Positions 13,561 to 27,928 of a stretch of 64,000 bases of DNA are shown here, piece by piece. The DNA lies in the NCBI GenBank assembly GCA_963766715.1, contig CAVYBH010000012.1, positions 448,001 to 512,000 on the forward strand. The letters are read 5' to 3'. Position 1 is the stretch's first letter, and every line of letters begins with the position of its first letter. The stretch comes from an uncultured delta proteobacterium. GTDB taxonomy: Bacteria; Myxococcota; Myxococcia; Myxococcales; Anaeromyxobacteraceae. The translations under genes and the position numbers were made by a program. A model generated the notes under the pieces. That model had not been told where the DNA came from, ran no database searches, and saw only the letters and a program-made list of their open reading frames with translations.

Positions 13561-14182
13561 ATGGCAAAGTTCGACGTCTATAGCCTGGACAGGAAGAAGG
13601 TCGGCGAGATCGACCTCAAGGACGAGGTCTTCGCCGGTCCGGTGAACGATCACCTCTTCTGGGAGGTGGTCAAGGCCAAGCTCGCCTCCGACCGTTCGGG
13701 TACTCACGCGGTGAAGAACCGCTCCCTCGTTTCCGGCGGCGGCAAGAAGCCCTGGAAGCAGAAGGGCACCGGCCGTGCCCGCCAGGGCTCGACCCGCGCC
13801 AGCCAGTTCGTCGGCGGCGGCAAGGCCATGGGCCCCAAGCCGCGCGACTACTCGTACGACGTGCCGCGCAAGGTCCGGAAGGCCGCGCTGCGCGTCGGCG
13901 CTGTCGCTCCGCAACTCCGAGCAGAAGCTGCTCATCGTCGACCGCTGGGCGCCCGAGGCGCCCCGCACGTCGGTGGCGGGCGAGGTGCTCGAGAAGCTGG
14001 GCGTGAAGCGGGCGCTGGTGGTCGACGGCGCCGAGAACGCGGCGCTGCAGAAGTCGATCCGGAACCTCTCCGGGTCCGACTTCCTGGCCACCCAGGGACT
14101 CAACGTGTACGACATCCTCGGGCACGAGTACCTGGTGCTCACCGCCGACTCGGCCCGGAAGGTGGAGGAGGCGCTGTCATGA
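13561..14182 (+). CDS. rplD: 50S ribosomal protein L4 (indel near 13893)
   Basis: [28 protein letters not shown]-terminus LNVYDIL in a shifted frame. Confidence 0.95.
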
Positions 14183-14472
14183 ACCTGACCAACCAGGACG
14201 TCGTCGTCCGCCCCATCATCAGCGAGAAGGCGGAGCGCGGCCGCGAGACCGAGCGTCAGTACGTCTTCGAGGTGCACCGCGAGGCGACCAAGATCCAGGT
14301 GAAGGGCGCGGTGGAGAAGCTCTTCTCCGTGAAGGTCACCGCGGTCCGCACCGCCATCGCCCGGGGCAAGAACAAGCGCGTCGGCCGTCACATCGGCCGC
14401 CGTCCCAACTGGAAGAAGGCCATCGTCACCCTGAAGCAAGGCGACACCATCGCCCTCTTCGAGGGGAAGTAG
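14179..14472 (+). CDS. rplW: 50S ribosomal protein L23
   Basis: [24 protein letters not shown] overlap with rplD. Confidence 0.95.
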   Translation: MNLTNQDVVVRPIISEKAERGRETERQYVFEVHREATKIQVKGAVEKLFSVKVTAVRTAIARGKNKRVGRHIGRRPNWKKAIVTLKQGDTIALFEGK

Positions 14473-14487
14473 GCGAGGGGAACGAGC

Positions 14488-15336
14488 ATGGGCGTCAAGA
14501 GCTACAAGCCGACCAGCGCAGCCCGCCGTCACATGACGGTGGCGGACTTCGCCGAGATCACCAAGTCGCGTCCGGAGAAGAAGCTCACCAGGTCCAAGAA
14601 GCGGACGGGCGGGCGCAACGCGCACGGGCACATCACCACCCGTCACATCGGCGGCGGCCACAAGCAGCGCTACCGGATCATCGACTGGCGCCGGGACAAG
14701 GACGGCGTGCCGGCCACGGTCGCGTCGATCGAGTACGACCCGAACCGCACGGCCCGCATCGCGCTGCTCCACTACCAGGACGGCGAGAAGCGCTACATCC
14801 TCGCCCCGCTGGGCGTGGCCGTGGGCGACCTGCTGGTGTCGGGCGACGCGGTCGACATCCGGCCGGGCAACACGCTCCCCATCAGCGGCATGCCGCTCGG
14901 CACCCAGATCCACGGGCTCGAGCTGCAGCCCGGGTCGGGCGCGAAGCTCATCCGCACCGCCGGCTCCTTCGGGCAGGTCATGGCCAAGGAGGGCGAGTAC
15001 GCCCAGATCCGCATGCCCTCCGGCGAGATCCGGAAGGTCCTGCAGGTCGTCCGGGCCACCATCGGGCAGCTGTCGAACATCGAGAACGCCAGCATCCGCG
15101 TGGGCAAGGCGGGCAAGACCCGCTGGAGGGGCGTCCGCCCCACCGTGCGCGGCCTGGCGATGAACCCAGTCGATCACCCGCACGGCGGCGGCGAGGGCAA
15201 GTCCGGTCAGGGCAACCCGCACCCGGTCTCGCCCTGGGGCCAGAAGGCCAAGGGCCTCAAGACCCGCAACAACCGCCGCACGGACAAGTACATCGTCTCG
15301 CCCCGCAAGCGGGGCGTGCGTAGCCAGGCCACGTAG
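14488..15336 (+). CDS. rplB: 50S ribosomal protein L2
   Basis: [26 protein letters not shown]. Confidence 0.98.
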   Translation: MGVKSYKPTSAARRHMTVADFAEITKSRPEKKLTRSKKRTGGRNAHGHITTRHIGGGHKQRYRIIDWRRDKDGVPATVASIEYDPNRTARIALLHYQDGEKRYILAPLGVAVGDLLVSGDAVDIRPGNTLPISGMPLGTQIHGLELQPGSGAKLIRTAGSFGQVMAKEGEYAQIRMPSGEIRKVLQVVRATIGQLSNIENASIRVGKAGKTRWRGVRPTVRGLAMNPVDHPHGGGEGKSGQGNPHPVSPWGQKAKGLKTRNNRRTDKYIVSPRKRGVRSQAT

Positions 15337-15354
15337 CGGCGAGGACCGAGAGAA

Positions 15355-15657
15355 ATGGCGCGTTCCATCAAGAAGGGCCCGTTCGCCGACAAGCACCTCC
15401 TCAAGAAGGTCGAGGACGCGAACAAGGGAAGCAAGAAGTCGGTCATCAAGACCTGGTCGCGGCGGAGCACCATCATGCCGGACTTCGTCGGCCACACCTT
15501 CGCGGTCCACAACGGCCGCAAGTTCGTGCCGGTGTTCGTCCAGGAGAACATGGTGGGGCACAAGCTCGGCGAGTTCTCGCCGACCCGCACCTTCCACGGC
15601 CACACCGGCGAGAAGAAGGCGACAGCCGCTCCCTCGGCTCCGCCCCCGAAGAGGTAG
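15355..15657 (+). CDS. rpsS: 30S ribosomal protein S19
   Basis: [29 protein letters not shown]. Confidence 0.98.
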   Translation: MARSIKKGPFADKHLLKKVEDANKGSKKSVIKTWSRRSTIMPDFVGHTFAVHNGRKFVPVFVQENMVGHKLGEFSPTRTFHGHTGEKKATAAPSAPPPKR

Positions 15658-15666
15658 AGGACGGAC

Positions 15667-16116
15667 ATGGCCGATACCCAGAAGAAGACCGAGAAGACCC
15701 CGGCCCCTGGCCGCAAGGTCAAGGTCACCCGCAAGGAGCGGCGCGCGCGCACCGAGGCGCGCCGTCCGAAGCCGGGTCCGCACGCCACCCTGCGCCAGCT
15801 GCGCGTCACCCCCCGCAAGGTCCGGCTGGTCGCCGATCACGTGCGCGGGATGCCGGTCGGCGCCGCCCTGGCGATGCTCAAGTTCACGCCGCAGGCCGCC
15901 GCGCCGCACCTGGCCAAGCTGCTCCGGTCAGCCGTCGCCAACGCCGAGAACAAGGGCGGCCGCGTCGACGTCGACGCGCTGTTCGTGAAGACGCTCACCG
16001 TGGATCACGGCCCCAAGACCCGCCGCTTCATGCCGCGCGCCATGGGCCGGGCCACCCGCATCGACAAGAAGACGAGCCACGTCTACGTGGAGCTCGGCAT
16101 CGCGGAGCGCGCGTAA
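15667..16116 (+). CDS. rplV: 50S ribosomal protein L22 with basic N-terminal extension
   Basis: [25 protein letters not shown]. Confidence 0.95.
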   Translation: MADTQKKTEKTPAPGRKVKVTRKERRARTEARRPKPGPHATLRQLRVTPRKVRLVADHVRGMPVGAALAMLKFTPQAAAPHLAKLLRSAVANAENKGGRVDVDALFVKTLTVDHGPKTRRFMPRAMGRATRIDKKTSHVYVELGIAERA

Positions 16117-16134
16117 GCGCGCCAAGGAGACCAC

Positions 16135-16803
<669 letters not shown>

Positions 16804-16839
16804 CCAGCCCCGTCGGGAACACTTCGAGGAGATCGAGAG

Positions 16840-17256
16840 ATGCTGCAGCCGGCGAGGACGAAGTACCGAAAGATGCAGAAGGGGCGCATGCGGGGCAAGG
16901 CCTACCGCGGCTCGGAGCTCAACCAGGGTTCGTTCGGCCTGGCTGCCACCGAGTGCGGTTACCTGACCAGCCGCCAGATCGAGGCGGCCCGCGTCGCCAT
17001 GAGCCGCTACGTGAAGCGGGGCGGCAAGCTCTGGATCCGGGTCTTCCCGGACAAGCCCATCACCAAGAAGCCCGCCGAGACCCGCATGGGCACCGGCAAG
17101 GGCCCCGTGGAGTACTACGTGGCCGTCATCAAGCCGGGGCGCGTGCTCTTCGAGATGGAGGGCGTCGGGGACGAGCAGGCCACCAAGGCCTTCGCCCTCG
17201 CTGCCTACAAGCTGCCCATCGCCACCAAGATGGTGAAGCGCGGCGTGACCCTGTAG
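16840..17256 (+). CDS. rplP: 50S ribosomal protein L16
   Basis: [29 protein letters not shown]. Confidence 0.98.
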   Translation: MLQPARTKYRKMQKGRMRGKAYRGSELNQGSFGLAATECGYLTSRQIEAARVAMSRYVKRGGKLWIRVFPDKPITKKPAETRMGTGKGPVEYYVAVIKPGRVLFEMEGVGDEQATKAFALAAYKLPIATKMVKRGVTL

Positions 17257-17264
17257 GAGCCGAC

Positions 17265-17504
17265 ATGTCGACCACGACCGAACTGCGCCAGCTGACGACG
17301 GAGGAGCTCGATGCCCGGGTGGGCGAGCTCAAGCAGCAGACCTTCGAGATGAAGGCGAAGCTGAACACCGGAGTCCTGGACTCCACCGCCGAACTCGCCA
17401 AGACCCGCCGCATGGCGGCTCGCTGCAAGACGCTGGCTCGCGAGAAGCAGCTGGGCATCGTCCGCAAGGCGAAGACCGAGACCCGCAAGGGCAAGAAGGA
17501 GTAG
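17265..17504 (+). CDS. rpmC: 50S ribosomal protein L29
   Basis: [21 protein letters not shown]; position between rplP and rpsQ; GGAG RBS. Confidence 0.9.
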   Translation: MSTTTELRQLTTEELDARVGELKQQTFEMKAKLNTGVLDSTAELAKTRRMAARCKTLAREKQLGIVRKAKTETRKGKKE

Positions 17505-17506
17505 TC

Positions 17507-17767
17507 ATGGAGCGCGGAAAGGCCAAGTCCCGCGTCGGGGTGGTCGTCTCGAACAAGATGCAGAAGACCGTCGTCGTCCGCGTCGAGCGGCGCGTCGCCG
17601 ATCGCAAGTACGGGAAGATCGTCCGGCGGGCCGAGCGCTACAAGGCGCACGACGAGCACCAGACGTCCAAGCCCGGCGACAAGGTTCGCATCGTCGAGAC
17701 GCGCCCCATGTCGAAGGACAAGCGGTGGCGCGTGGCCGAGACCATCGAGAAGGGCCCGGAGGTCTAG
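17507..17767 (+). CDS. rpsQ: 30S ribosomal protein S17
   Basis: [31 protein letters not shown]. Confidence 0.97.
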   Translation: MERGKAKSRVGVVVSNKMQKTVVVRVERRVADRKYGKIVRRAERYKAHDEHQTSKPGDKVRIVETRPMSKDKRWRVAETIEKGPEV

Positions 17768-18136
17768 ATGATCCAGCAGCAGACGATCCTGGACGTCGCC
17801 GACAATTCCGGCGCCAAGAAGGTCCAGTGCATCAAGGTGCTCGGGGGCACGCGGCGCAAGTACGCCTCCCTCGGCGACGTCATCGTGGTCTCCGTCAAGG
17901 AGGCCATCCCGCAGTCCAAGGTGAAGAAGGGCGAGGTCGCCCGGGCCGTCATCGTGCGCACGGCGCGCGAGGTCAAGCGTCCGGACGGCAGCTACATCCG
18001 CTTCGACGGGAACTCGGCGGTCCTCATCAACAAGGACCTCGAGCCGGTCGGGACCCGCATCTTCGGGCCGGTGGCCCGCGAGCTCCGCGCCCGCAAGTTC
18101 ATGAAGATCATCAGCCTGGCGCCGGAGGTGCTGTAG
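17768..18136 (+). CDS. rplN: 50S ribosomal protein L14
   Basis: [21 protein letters not shown]. Confidence 0.98.
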   Translation: MIQQQTILDVADNSGAKKVQCIKVLGGTRRKYASLGDVIVVSVKEAIPQSKVKKGEVARAVIVRTAREVKRPDGSYIRFDGNSAVLINKDLEPVGTRIFGPVARELRARKFMKIISLAPEVL

Positions 18137-18139
18137 GCC

Positions 18140-18457
18140 ATGGACGTCCGCAAGAACGACACCGTGAAGGTCCTCGCCGGCCGCGAGAAGGGCAAGTCGG
18201 GCAAGGTGCTCGAGGTGCTCCACGAGAAGAACCGCGTCCGCGTCGAGAAGCTCATGACGGTGAAGCGCCACCTGAAGAAGGGGCGCAGCCAGACCAATCC
18301 CGACGGCGGGATCATCGAGCGGCCCGGCTCCATCCACGCCTCCAACGTGATGGTGGTCTGCCCGAAGTGCGGCAAGCCCACGCGCGTGGCCCACGCCACC
18401 CGCGAGGACGGCCGCCAGGTCCGGGCCTGCAAGAAGTGCAAGCAGCGCTGGGAATAG
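18140..18457 (+). CDS. rplX: 50S ribosomal protein L24
   Basis: KOW motif [23 protein letters not shown]. Confidence 0.96.
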   Translation: MDVRKNDTVKVLAGREKGKSGKVLEVLHEKNRVRVEKLMTVKRHLKKGRSQTNPDGGIIERPGSIHASNVMVVCPKCGKPTRVAHATREDGRQVRACKKCKQRWE

Positions 18458-18512
18458 CGAACGAACGCATCGCCCGGCGCCTGGTGCCCCGGACGAAGGC
18501 AAGGAGCGACAG

Positions 18513-19055
18513 ATGGCAGCACGTCTCAAGGAGCGGTACGAGAAGGAACTGCGGGCGGCCCTGGTGAAGGAGCTCGGGCTCAAGAACCCGATGCAGGCTC
18601 CGCGGGTCGAGAAGGTCGTGGTGAACATGGGCCTCGGCGAGGCCACCCAGAACGGCAAGATCCTGGACGCCTCGCTCGAGCAGCTCACCGCCATCACCGG
18701 CCAGAAGCCGGTGGTGACCAAGGCCCGCAAGTCCATCGCGAACTTCAAGCTGCGCCAGGGCCAGAGCATCGGGGCCATGGTCACCCTTCGCGGGGACCGG
18801 GCCTACGAGTTCCTCGACAGGCTCCTCAACGTGGCGCTGCCGCGCGTGCGCGACTTCAAGGGCGTCTCGCCCAAGGCGTTCGACGGGAAGGGCAACTACA
18901 CGCTCGGCGTGAAGGAGCAGATCATCTTCCCGGAAATCAACTACGACAAGGTCGAGAAGATCAAGGGCCTCAACATCACCGTGGTCACCACGGCACGGAA
19001 CGACGAGGAGGGCAGGGTCCTGCTCCGCCACCTCGGCATGCCCTTCCGCCAGTAG
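18513..19055 (+). CDS. rplE: 50S ribosomal protein L5
   Basis: [26 protein letters not shown]. Confidence 0.98.
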   Translation: MAARLKERYEKELRAALVKELGLKNPMQAPRVEKVVVNMGLGEATQNGKILDASLEQLTAITGQKPVVTKARKSIANFKLRQGQSIGAMVTLRGDRAYEFLDRLLNVALPRVRDFKGVSPKAFDGKGNYTLGVKEQIIFPEINYDKVEKIKGLNITVVTTARNDEEGRVLLRHLGMPFRQ

Positions 19056-19076
19056 CCGGACCAGGAGACGGACCAG

Positions 19077-19262
19077 ATGGCAAAGCTTTCGAAAATGGCG
19101 CAGGCGGCACGCAAGCTGAAGTACCCCGTGCGCCAGTACAACCGCTGCCCGATCTGCGGGCGGCCCCGCGCATTCCTGCGCAAGTTCCAGATGTGTCGCA
19201 TCTGCTTCCGCAATCGCGCGCTCCGGGGCGAAGTCACCGGCGTCATCAAGTCGAGCTGGTAG
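19077..19262 (+). CDS. rpsN: 30S ribosomal protein S14, zinc-binding type Z
   Basis: 61 aa, [16 protein letters not shown]. Confidence 0.96.
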   Translation: MAKLSKMAQAARKLKYPVRQYNRCPICGRPRAFLRKFQMCRICFRNRALRGEVTGVIKSSW

Positions 19263-19274
19263 GGAGACTCATCG

Positions 19275-19676
19275 ATGAGCTTCACCGATCCCATTGGCGA
19301 CATGCTCACGCGCGTCCGGAATGCTTCGTCGGCGCGCCACGAGAAGGTGCTCGTTCCGGCCTCCAACCTCAAGGCGCGCATCGCCGAGGTCCTGAAGGCG
19401 GAGGGCTTCATCCAGGACTTCGTCCTCCACAAGGACGAGAGCCATCAGGGGGCCATCACCATCCTCCTGAAGTACGGGCCCGACCGCGAGCCCGCCATCA
19501 GCGACATCAAGCGGGTGTCGAAGCCGGGCCTTCGGCGGTACGTGGCCACCGGCAACATCCCCCGCGTCCTCAACGGCATGGGCATCGCCATCCTCTCCAC
19601 CTCCAAGGGCGTCATGGTGGATCGGGAGGCCCGCAAGCAGAAGGTGGGCGGCGAGCTCATCTGCACGGTCTGGTAG
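19275..19676 (+). CDS. rpsH: 30S ribosomal protein S8
   Basis: [27 protein letters not shown]. Confidence 0.98.
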   Translation: MSFTDPIGDMLTRVRNASSARHEKVLVPASNLKARIAEVLKAEGFIQDFVLHKDESHQGAITILLKYGPDREPAISDIKRVSKPGLRRYVATGNIPRVLNGMGIAILSTSKGVMVDREARKQKVGGELICTVW

Positions 19677-19685
19677 GAGAGGTCC

Positions 19686-20228
19686 ATGTCCCGCATCGGA
19701 AAGCTTCCGGTCAAGCTGCCGGAGAAGGTCAAGGTCACCGTGGACGGAACCACGGTGAAGGTCGAGGGCCCCAAGGGCAAGACCTCCTTCACCGTCAATC
19801 CGCTCATGAAGATCCAGGTGGAGAAGGGCGAGGTGCTGGTCCTCCGCCCCGACGACTCCACCAAGGCCCGCTCGCTCCACGGCCTGACCCGCACCCTGGT
19901 GCGCAACGCCGTCGACGGCGTCACCAAGGGCTACGAGCGCACGCTCGAGATCGTCGGCGTGGGCTTCAAGGCGGAGTCCAAGGGCAAGGAAGTGAACTTC
20001 CTCCTCGGCTTCTCCCACCCGGTGATCTTCAAGCTGCCGGAGGGCATCACCGCCGAGGTCGACGCCAAGCAGACCAAGGTCGTGGTCCGCGGCGCCGACA
20101 AGCACATGGTCGGGATGACGGCTGCCCGCATCCGCGAGCTCCGGCCCCCCGAGCCGTACAAGGGCAAGGGCATCAAGTACAGCCACGAGACGATTCGCCG
20201 CAAGGAAGGGAAGACCGGAGCAGCCTAG
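19686..20228 (+). CDS. rplF: 50S ribosomal protein L6
   Basis: MSRIGKLP, LGFSHP, RPPEPYKGKGI. Confidence 0.98.
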   Translation: MSRIGKLPVKLPEKVKVTVDGTTVKVEGPKGKTSFTVNPLMKIQVEKGEVLVLRPDDSTKARSLHGLTRTLVRNAVDGVTKGYERTLEIVGVGFKAESKGKEVNFLLGFSHPVIFKLPEGITAEVDAKQTKVVVRGADKHMVGMTAARIRELRPPEPYKGKGIKYSHETIRRKEGKTGAA

Positions 20229-20282
20229 TCGCTGCCCGCTCATGCGCCGGCTGAGCCAGCGCCGCCGCAAGGAGGAACGCAC

Positions 20283-20643
20283 ATGCCAGAGAAGGTCACC
20301 CCCCGCGAGAAGCGCAAGGCGCGCATCCGCAAGAAGCTGTCCGGCACCGCGGCGCGTCCGCGCCTCACGGTCTACCGGAGCCTGAACCACATCTACGCGC
20401 AGCTGGTGGACGACGTGGCGGGCAGCACGCGTCGCCTTCGCCGGCACCACCTCCAAGGCGCTCAAGGATGCGGTGAAGGACGACGACAAGACGGCCGCCG
20501 CCAAGAAGGTCGGCACGGCCATCGCCAAGATGGCGATCGAGAAGGGCGTCACGCACGTCGTCTTCGATCGCAACGGTTTCGATTACCACGGCCGGGTCGC
20601 GGCGGTGGCGGAGGCCGCCCGCGAGGCCGGCCTCAAGTTCTAG
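20283..20643 (+). CDS. rplR: 50S ribosomal protein L18 (indel near 20430)
   Basis: [37 protein letters not shown] in a shifted frame. Confidence 0.95.
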
Positions 20644-20670
20644 GCATCGCAGGACCGAGGGACGAGACGA

Positions 20671-21174
20671 ATGGCTGCTCCCATCAACGTGAACGATCTC
20701 GAGCTGACGGACCGCGTGGTCCACATCAACCGCGTCGCCAAGGTGGTCAAGGGCGGCCGGCGCTTCAGCTTCTCCGCCCTCATCGTGGTCGGCGACGGCC
20801 AGGGGCACGTCGGCGTGGGCCTGGGCAAGGCCAACGAGGTGCCTGAAGCCATCCGCAAGGGCGGCGAGCAGGCGAAGAAGAACGTGTTCCTGGTGCCGCT
20901 CGCCGGGACCACCATCCCGCACGAGGTCCTCGGGCACTTCGGGGCGGGCCGGGTGCTCCTCAAGCCGGCCAGCGAGGGTACCGGCGTCATCGCGGGTGGC
21001 GCGGTTCGCGCCGTCCTCGAGGCGGCCGGCGTCCGCAACGTGCTGACCAAGAGCCAGGGCTCGCGGAATCCGCACAACGTGCTGAAGGCGACGGTCGCCG
21101 GCCTGAAGAGGCTGCGCAACGCCGATCGCGTGGCCCAGATGCGCGGCAAGACGGTCGCCGAGATGACGGAATAG
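20671..21174 (+). CDS. rpsE: 30S ribosomal protein S5
   Basis: [22 protein letters not shown]. Confidence 0.98.
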   Translation: MAAPINVNDLELTDRVVHINRVAKVVKGGRRFSFSALIVVGDGQGHVGVGLGKANEVPEAIRKGGEQAKKNVFLVPLAGTTIPHEVLGHFGAGRVLLKPASEGTGVIAGGAVRAVLEAAGVRNVLTKSQGSRNPHNVLKATVAGLKRLRNADRVAQMRGKTVAEMTE

Positions 21175-21187
21175 GCGGGAGACGACG

Positions 21188-21424
21188 ATGGCAGCCATCA
21201 AGGTGACGTTGAGGCACGGACTGTCGGGAATCCCGGCGAAGCAGCGCCTGGTCGTGACGGGCATGGGTCTGAAGAAGCACGATTCGCACAAGATCCTCCC
21301 CGACACCCCGGCCACGATGGGCATGATCCGCAAGGTCAGCTACCTCGTGGACTGGGAGCGCGTCGATGCGCCGGCGCCGCAGGGGCGTCTCGCCAGGAAG
21401 TCGAAGGGCGCCAAGGGCGCCTAG
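21188..21424 (+). CDS. rpmD: 50S ribosomal protein L30
   Basis: [21 protein letters not shown]; position between rpsE and rplO. Confidence 0.93.
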   Translation: MAAIKVTLRHGLSGIPAKQRLVVTGMGLKKHDSHKILPDTPATMGMIRKVSYLVDWERVDAPAPQGRLARKSKGAKGA

Positions 21425-21460
21425 CGCGCCTCGCCCCAACGAGAGTAGAAAGGAACGCTC

Positions 21461-21964
21461 ATGTCGTCGTTGAACCAGCTGAAGGCGCCCCGGGGCGCGA
21501 CGAAGGTCCGCAAGCGCGTCGGTCGTGGCCAGGGCTCGGGCCTCGGCAAGACCGCCGGACGCGGCGGGAAGGGCCAGAAGGCCCGCAGCGGTAACATGCA
21601 CTTCGAGGGCTTCGAAGGCGGCCAGATGCCGCTGCAGCGCCGCCTCCCGAAGTTCGGATTCAACAACCCCTTCCGGCTCGTGTACGAGGAGGTCACCGTG
21701 ACCGACCTCGGGCTCCTGCCGGCCGGGAGCGTCGTCGACCTGGCCGCCCTGCGCGGCGCCGGGCTCGCCCGGGGCAAGGGCGACGGCGTGGTGGTGCTCG
21801 GCAAGGGCGACCTGGCCGGGGCCTACACCGTGCGCGTCGACCGGGTCACGGCCGGCGCCCGCGAGGCCATCGAGAAGGCGGGCGGGACGGTCGACCTGGT
21901 CCCCAAGCGCCAGACGATGCACGAGAAGAAGAAGTCCGAGAAGAAGGCCAAGAGCAAGGCATAG
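21461..21964 (+). CDS. rplO: 50S ribosomal protein L15
   Basis: RVGRGQGSGLGKTAGRG, FEGGQMPLQRRLPK. Confidence 0.97.
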   Translation: MSSLNQLKAPRGATKVRKRVGRGQGSGLGKTAGRGGKGQKARSGNMHFEGFEGGQMPLQRRLPKFGFNNPFRLVYEEVTVTDLGLLPAGSVVDLAALRGAGLARGKGDGVVVLGKGDLAGAYTVRVDRVTAGAREAIEKAGGTVDLVPKRQTMHEKKKSEKKAKSKA

Positions 21965-21982
21965 AGGGCGGGGGAACACCGG

Positions 21983-23314
<1,332 letters not shown>

Positions 23315-23342
23315 CGGCCCGCGTGCCGTCCCTGGAGAGACG

Positions 23343-23993
23343 ATGATCCTCATCCTGCTGGGGCCCCCGGGCGCGGGCAAGGGAACGCAGGCCAAGCTGC
23401 TGGCGGCCGCGCTGCAGATCCCGCACATCTCCACCGGTGACATGTTCCGCGACCACAAGGCGCGGGGCACGGAGCTGGGCAAGCAGGTGGACGCCATCAT
23501 GGCCTCCGGCGGCCTGGTGCCCGACGACGTGACGAACAGCATGGTCAAGGACCGCCTCGCCCGTCCCGACGTGGGCCGGGGCTTCATCCTCGACGGCTAC
23601 CCGCGCACCGCCGCCCAGGCGGCCTACCTCGACCAGGTCCTGCTCTCCATGGGCCGGAAGCTCGACCGCGCGCTCTCCTACGAGGTCCCGCAGGGGCTGC
23701 TCGTCGACCGGATGAGCGGCCGCCGCAGCTGCCCGACGTGCGGCACGGTCTACCACGTCACGGCCAACCCGCCGAAGCAGGCCGGCGTCTGCGACCGCGA
23801 GGGCAGCGCCCTCGTGCAGCGCGACGACGACAAGGCCGAGACGGTGGCCCGGCGCCTCCAGGAGTACGAGGCCAAGACCCAGCCCCTGAAGCGCTACTAC
23901 CAAGAGAAGGGCAGCCTGTCGGACGTCACCGGCACCGGCTCGCCCGACGAGGTGCTCGCCGCAGCCCGGCGGGTCCTCGGGCTGGCCACCTAG
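23343..23993 (+). CDS. adk: Adenylate kinase
   Basis: [27 protein letters not shown] with CPTC..CD. Confidence 0.97.
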   Translation: MILILLGPPGAGKGTQAKLLAAALQIPHISTGDMFRDHKARGTELGKQVDAIMASGGLVPDDVTNSMVKDRLARPDVGRGFILDGYPRTAAQAAYLDQVLLSMGRKLDRALSYEVPQGLLVDRMSGRRSCPTCGTVYHVTANPPKQAGVCDREGSALVQRDDDKAETVARRLQEYEAKTQPLKRYYQEKGSLSDVTGTGSPDEVLAAARRVLGLAT

Positions 23994-24026
23994 CTTGGCC
24001 GGCAACCGGGAAGGTCGCGCGAACCC

Positions 24027-24781
24027 TTGCAGCTGAAGTCACCAGACGACCTCGCGCGCATGCGCGATGCGGCCCGCATCGTCCGCGCCGTGCTCGACGA
24101 GGTGTCGGGCGCCGCGGTCGCGGGCACGTCCACGGCCGAGCTCGACCGCCTGGCCGAGGCCAGGACCCTCGAGCGGGGCGCGGTCCCGGCCTTCAAGGGG
24201 TACCTGGGATACCCGGCGAGCATCTGCATCTCGGTCAACGACGAGGTGGTCCACGGGATCCCCTCGCCGGGCCGGGTGCTCCGGGACGGGGACGTGGTCG
24301 GCCTGGACTTCGGGGCCATCCTCCGCGGGTTCCACGGCGACGCCGCCCAGACGGTCGTGGTGGGCCGGGGCAGCCCCGAGGCCCTGCGCCTCGTCGAGGC
24401 CACCCGGGCGGCCCTGGAGAGCGGCATCGCCGCGGCACGGGCCGGCGGGCGGGTGGGGGACATCGGGGCCGCCGTGCAGGGCAGCGCCGAGGCGGCGGGC
24501 TTCTCCGTGGTCCGGGACTTCGTCGGGCCACGGCATCGGGCGCAAGCTCCACGAGCCGCCCCAGGTCCCCAACTTTGGCGTGGCGGGCACGGGGGCCTGG
24601 CTCCGGCCCGGGACTCGTGCTCGCCATCGAGCCGATGGTGAATGCCGGCCATCCCGGGGTCCGGACGCTCGAGGACGGATGGACCGCCGTGACCGAGGAC
24701 GGGAGCCTTTCCGCCCACTTCGAGCACACCGTGGCGGTCACCGAGGCAGGTCCCGAGATACTCACCCGGGAGGGGGCCTGA
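24027..24781 (+). CDS. map: Type I methionine aminopeptidase (TTG start; indels near 24530 and 24610)
   Basis: [44 protein letters not shown]. Confidence 0.93.
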
Positions 24782-24814
24782 AGGTGGTCTCCGACTCTTC
24801 GGAGCAGCCATCGC

Positions 24815-24843
24815 TTGCAACCGGGAAAATCGCATGTTATAGG
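24815..24843 (+). promoter_or_regulatory. Sigma70 promoter of the rpmJ-alpha operon
   Basis: TTGCAA-17 nt-TATAGG with extended -10 TG, followed by GC-rich gcgccc. Confidence 0.65.
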
Positions 24844-24997
24844 GCGCCCTTCGCATCTGCCCGGTGTCGAGGGTACGGGTGCGCCAGGAATCGCCAGAAG
24901 GGTACGGGGGATGGCATCACCCCCGACGGTCCCGCCGGCAATGCTCGGCGGGGCTTTTCGTCTCGTGCCAGAACTTTTTCGGTCGGGTGAACAGGTC

Positions 24998-25114
24998 ATG
25001 AAGGTCCGCGCGTCGGTGAAGAAGATCTGCGACAAGTGCAAGGTCGTGAAGCGCAAGGGCGTGGTGCGGATCATCTGCGCCGCCAACCCCCGCCACAAGC
25101 AGCGCCAGGGCTAG
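24998..25114 (+). CDS. rpmJ: 50S ribosomal protein L36
   Basis: [38 protein letters not shown]. Confidence 0.97.
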   Translation: MKVRASVKKICDKCKVVKRKGVVRIICAANPRHKQRQG

Positions 25115-25149
25115 CCCAGGGCTAGACCCGGAGAACCGGAGACAGAGGA

Positions 25150-25538
25150 ATGGCTCGCATCGCCGGCGTCGATCTCCCTGCAGAGAAGCGCATCGAGATC
25201 TCGCTCCAGTACATCTACGGCATCGGCAAGGCCACCGCGAAGAAGATCCTCGCCAAGGCCGGGATCGACCCCGTCACGCGGACGAAGGACCTCGACGACG
25301 ATCAGGTCCGTCACATCCGCGAGGCCATCGAGGCCATCACCCAGGTCGAGGGCGACCTGCGGCGGGAAACCTCGATGAACATCAAGCGCCTCATGGACCT
25401 CGGCTGCTATCGCGGCCTGCGCCACCGCAAGGGGCTCCCGGTCCGCGGCCAGCGCACCCACACCAACGCCCGCACGCGCAAGGGGCCGAAGCGCGGCCTC
25501 GTCCGCAAGGCCGCCGCCGCCGCCCGGCCCCCCGCTAG
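25150..25538 (+). CDS. rpsM: 30S ribosomal protein S13 (stop displaced by an indel; end approximate)
   Basis: [41 protein letters not shown]. Confidence 0.95.
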
Positions 25539-25578
25539 CGGGCTCGGCGCCGAAACCAGTCGAGAACGGAGAGTCAGC

Positions 25579-26092
25579 GTGGCTGACGAGAAGCAGGCCG
25601 AGAAGGCCGAGAAGCCGGTGAAGAAGGCAGAGGCGGCCCCGCCAAGGCCGAGGAGATCACTCCCTCGGTCCCGAACCTGAGCGGCATCGAGCCCGTCACC
25701 GCGTCCCCCGTGACCCCGAAGAAGGGGAAGAAGCGGGTCAAGAAGAACGTGGCCAGCGGGATCGTGCACATCAACTCCACGTTCAACAACACGATGATCA
25801 CCATCACCGACGCCACCGGGAACGTCCTGTCCTGGTCGTCGGCCGGCGCGCGCGGCTTCAAGGGCTCGCGCAAGTCGACGCCGTTCGCCGCGCAGGTCGC
25901 GGCGGGCGACGCGGCCGCCAAGGCCATGGAGCACGGCCTCAAGGCGGTGGTGGTCATGGTGAAGGGCCCGGGGCGGGCCGCGAGTCGGCGCTGCGCGCCA
26001 TCGCCTCGGCGGGGCTCAAGATCTCGCTCATCAAGGACGTCACGCCCATCCCGCACAACGGCACCCGGCCGCCCAAGCGCCGGCGCGTCTGA
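25579..26092 (+). CDS. rpsK: 30S ribosomal protein S11 with long N-terminal extension (indels near 25640 and 25970)
   Basis: [38 protein letters not shown]. Confidence 0.93.
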
Positions 26093-26113
26093 GACGGACA
26101 GGAGACGAACACA

Positions 26114-26742
26114 GTGGCTCGTTACACCGAAAGCGTCTGCCGGCTCTGCCGCCGCGAGAATCTGAAGATGTACCTGAAGGGCGACCGCTGCTACACGGAC
26201 AAGTGCGCCATCGAGCGCCGTCCGTACCCGCCCGGACAGCACGGCCAGGGCCGGATCAAGTTCACCGAGTACGGCGTCCAGCTGCGCGAGAAGCAGAAGG
26301 TCAAGCGCATGTACGGGCTGCTCGAGTCCGGCTTCCGTCACGCCTTCGCGGGCGCCGCCGCCGCCAAGGGGCGCACCGGCGAGAACCTGCTGCAGGGGCT
26401 CGAGCTCCGGCTCGACAACGCCGTGTTCCGGCTCGGCTTCGCCGACAGCCGCAACGAGGCGCGCCAGCTGGTCCGCCACGGCCACTTCCGCGTCAACGGC
26501 CGCAAGGTGACCATCCCCTCCTACGAGCTGCGCGCCGGCGACGTCGTCGACGTCCGCGATCGCAGCAGGAAGGTGGCCCGCATCGCCGAGGCCATCGAGG
26601 CGGTGGACCGCCGCGGCGTTCCGGCGCTGGCTCGAGCTGGACAAGGCCGGCGTTCAAGGGCACGGTGAGGACCGCGCCGGCGCGCGAGGACATCACCATG
26701 CCGATCCAGGAGCAGCTGATCGTCGAGCTCTACTCGAAGTGA
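26114..26742 (+). CDS. rpsD: 30S ribosomal protein S4 (indels near 26625-26650)
   Basis: [40 protein letters not shown]. Confidence 0.96.
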
Positions 26743-26876
26743 TTCGCCGGGCGCGGCCTGCCGGCCGCGCCCGACGTCGTCGGAATCCAACACGGAGCGT
26801 CGCGCGCCCCACGGCGCCCTGACCCCGCCGGGCTGCGGAGGAACGGGGAGGGGGCGGCGGCCAAAGGAGAAAGCCC

Positions 26877-27895
<1,019 letters not shown>

Positions 27896-27928
27896 GCGTC
27901 CAACGAACTCTCCGAGGGAGATGCCGAG

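Noticed and set aside
13561..14472. L4-L23 fusion
   Set aside because: Single indel in rplD; normal ATGA overlap at 14179-14182
25105..25126. Tandem duplication ccagggctag at the rpmJ stop, and gcctag twice at the rpsP end
   Set aside because: Too short to interpret; chance or read error, with no element between the copies
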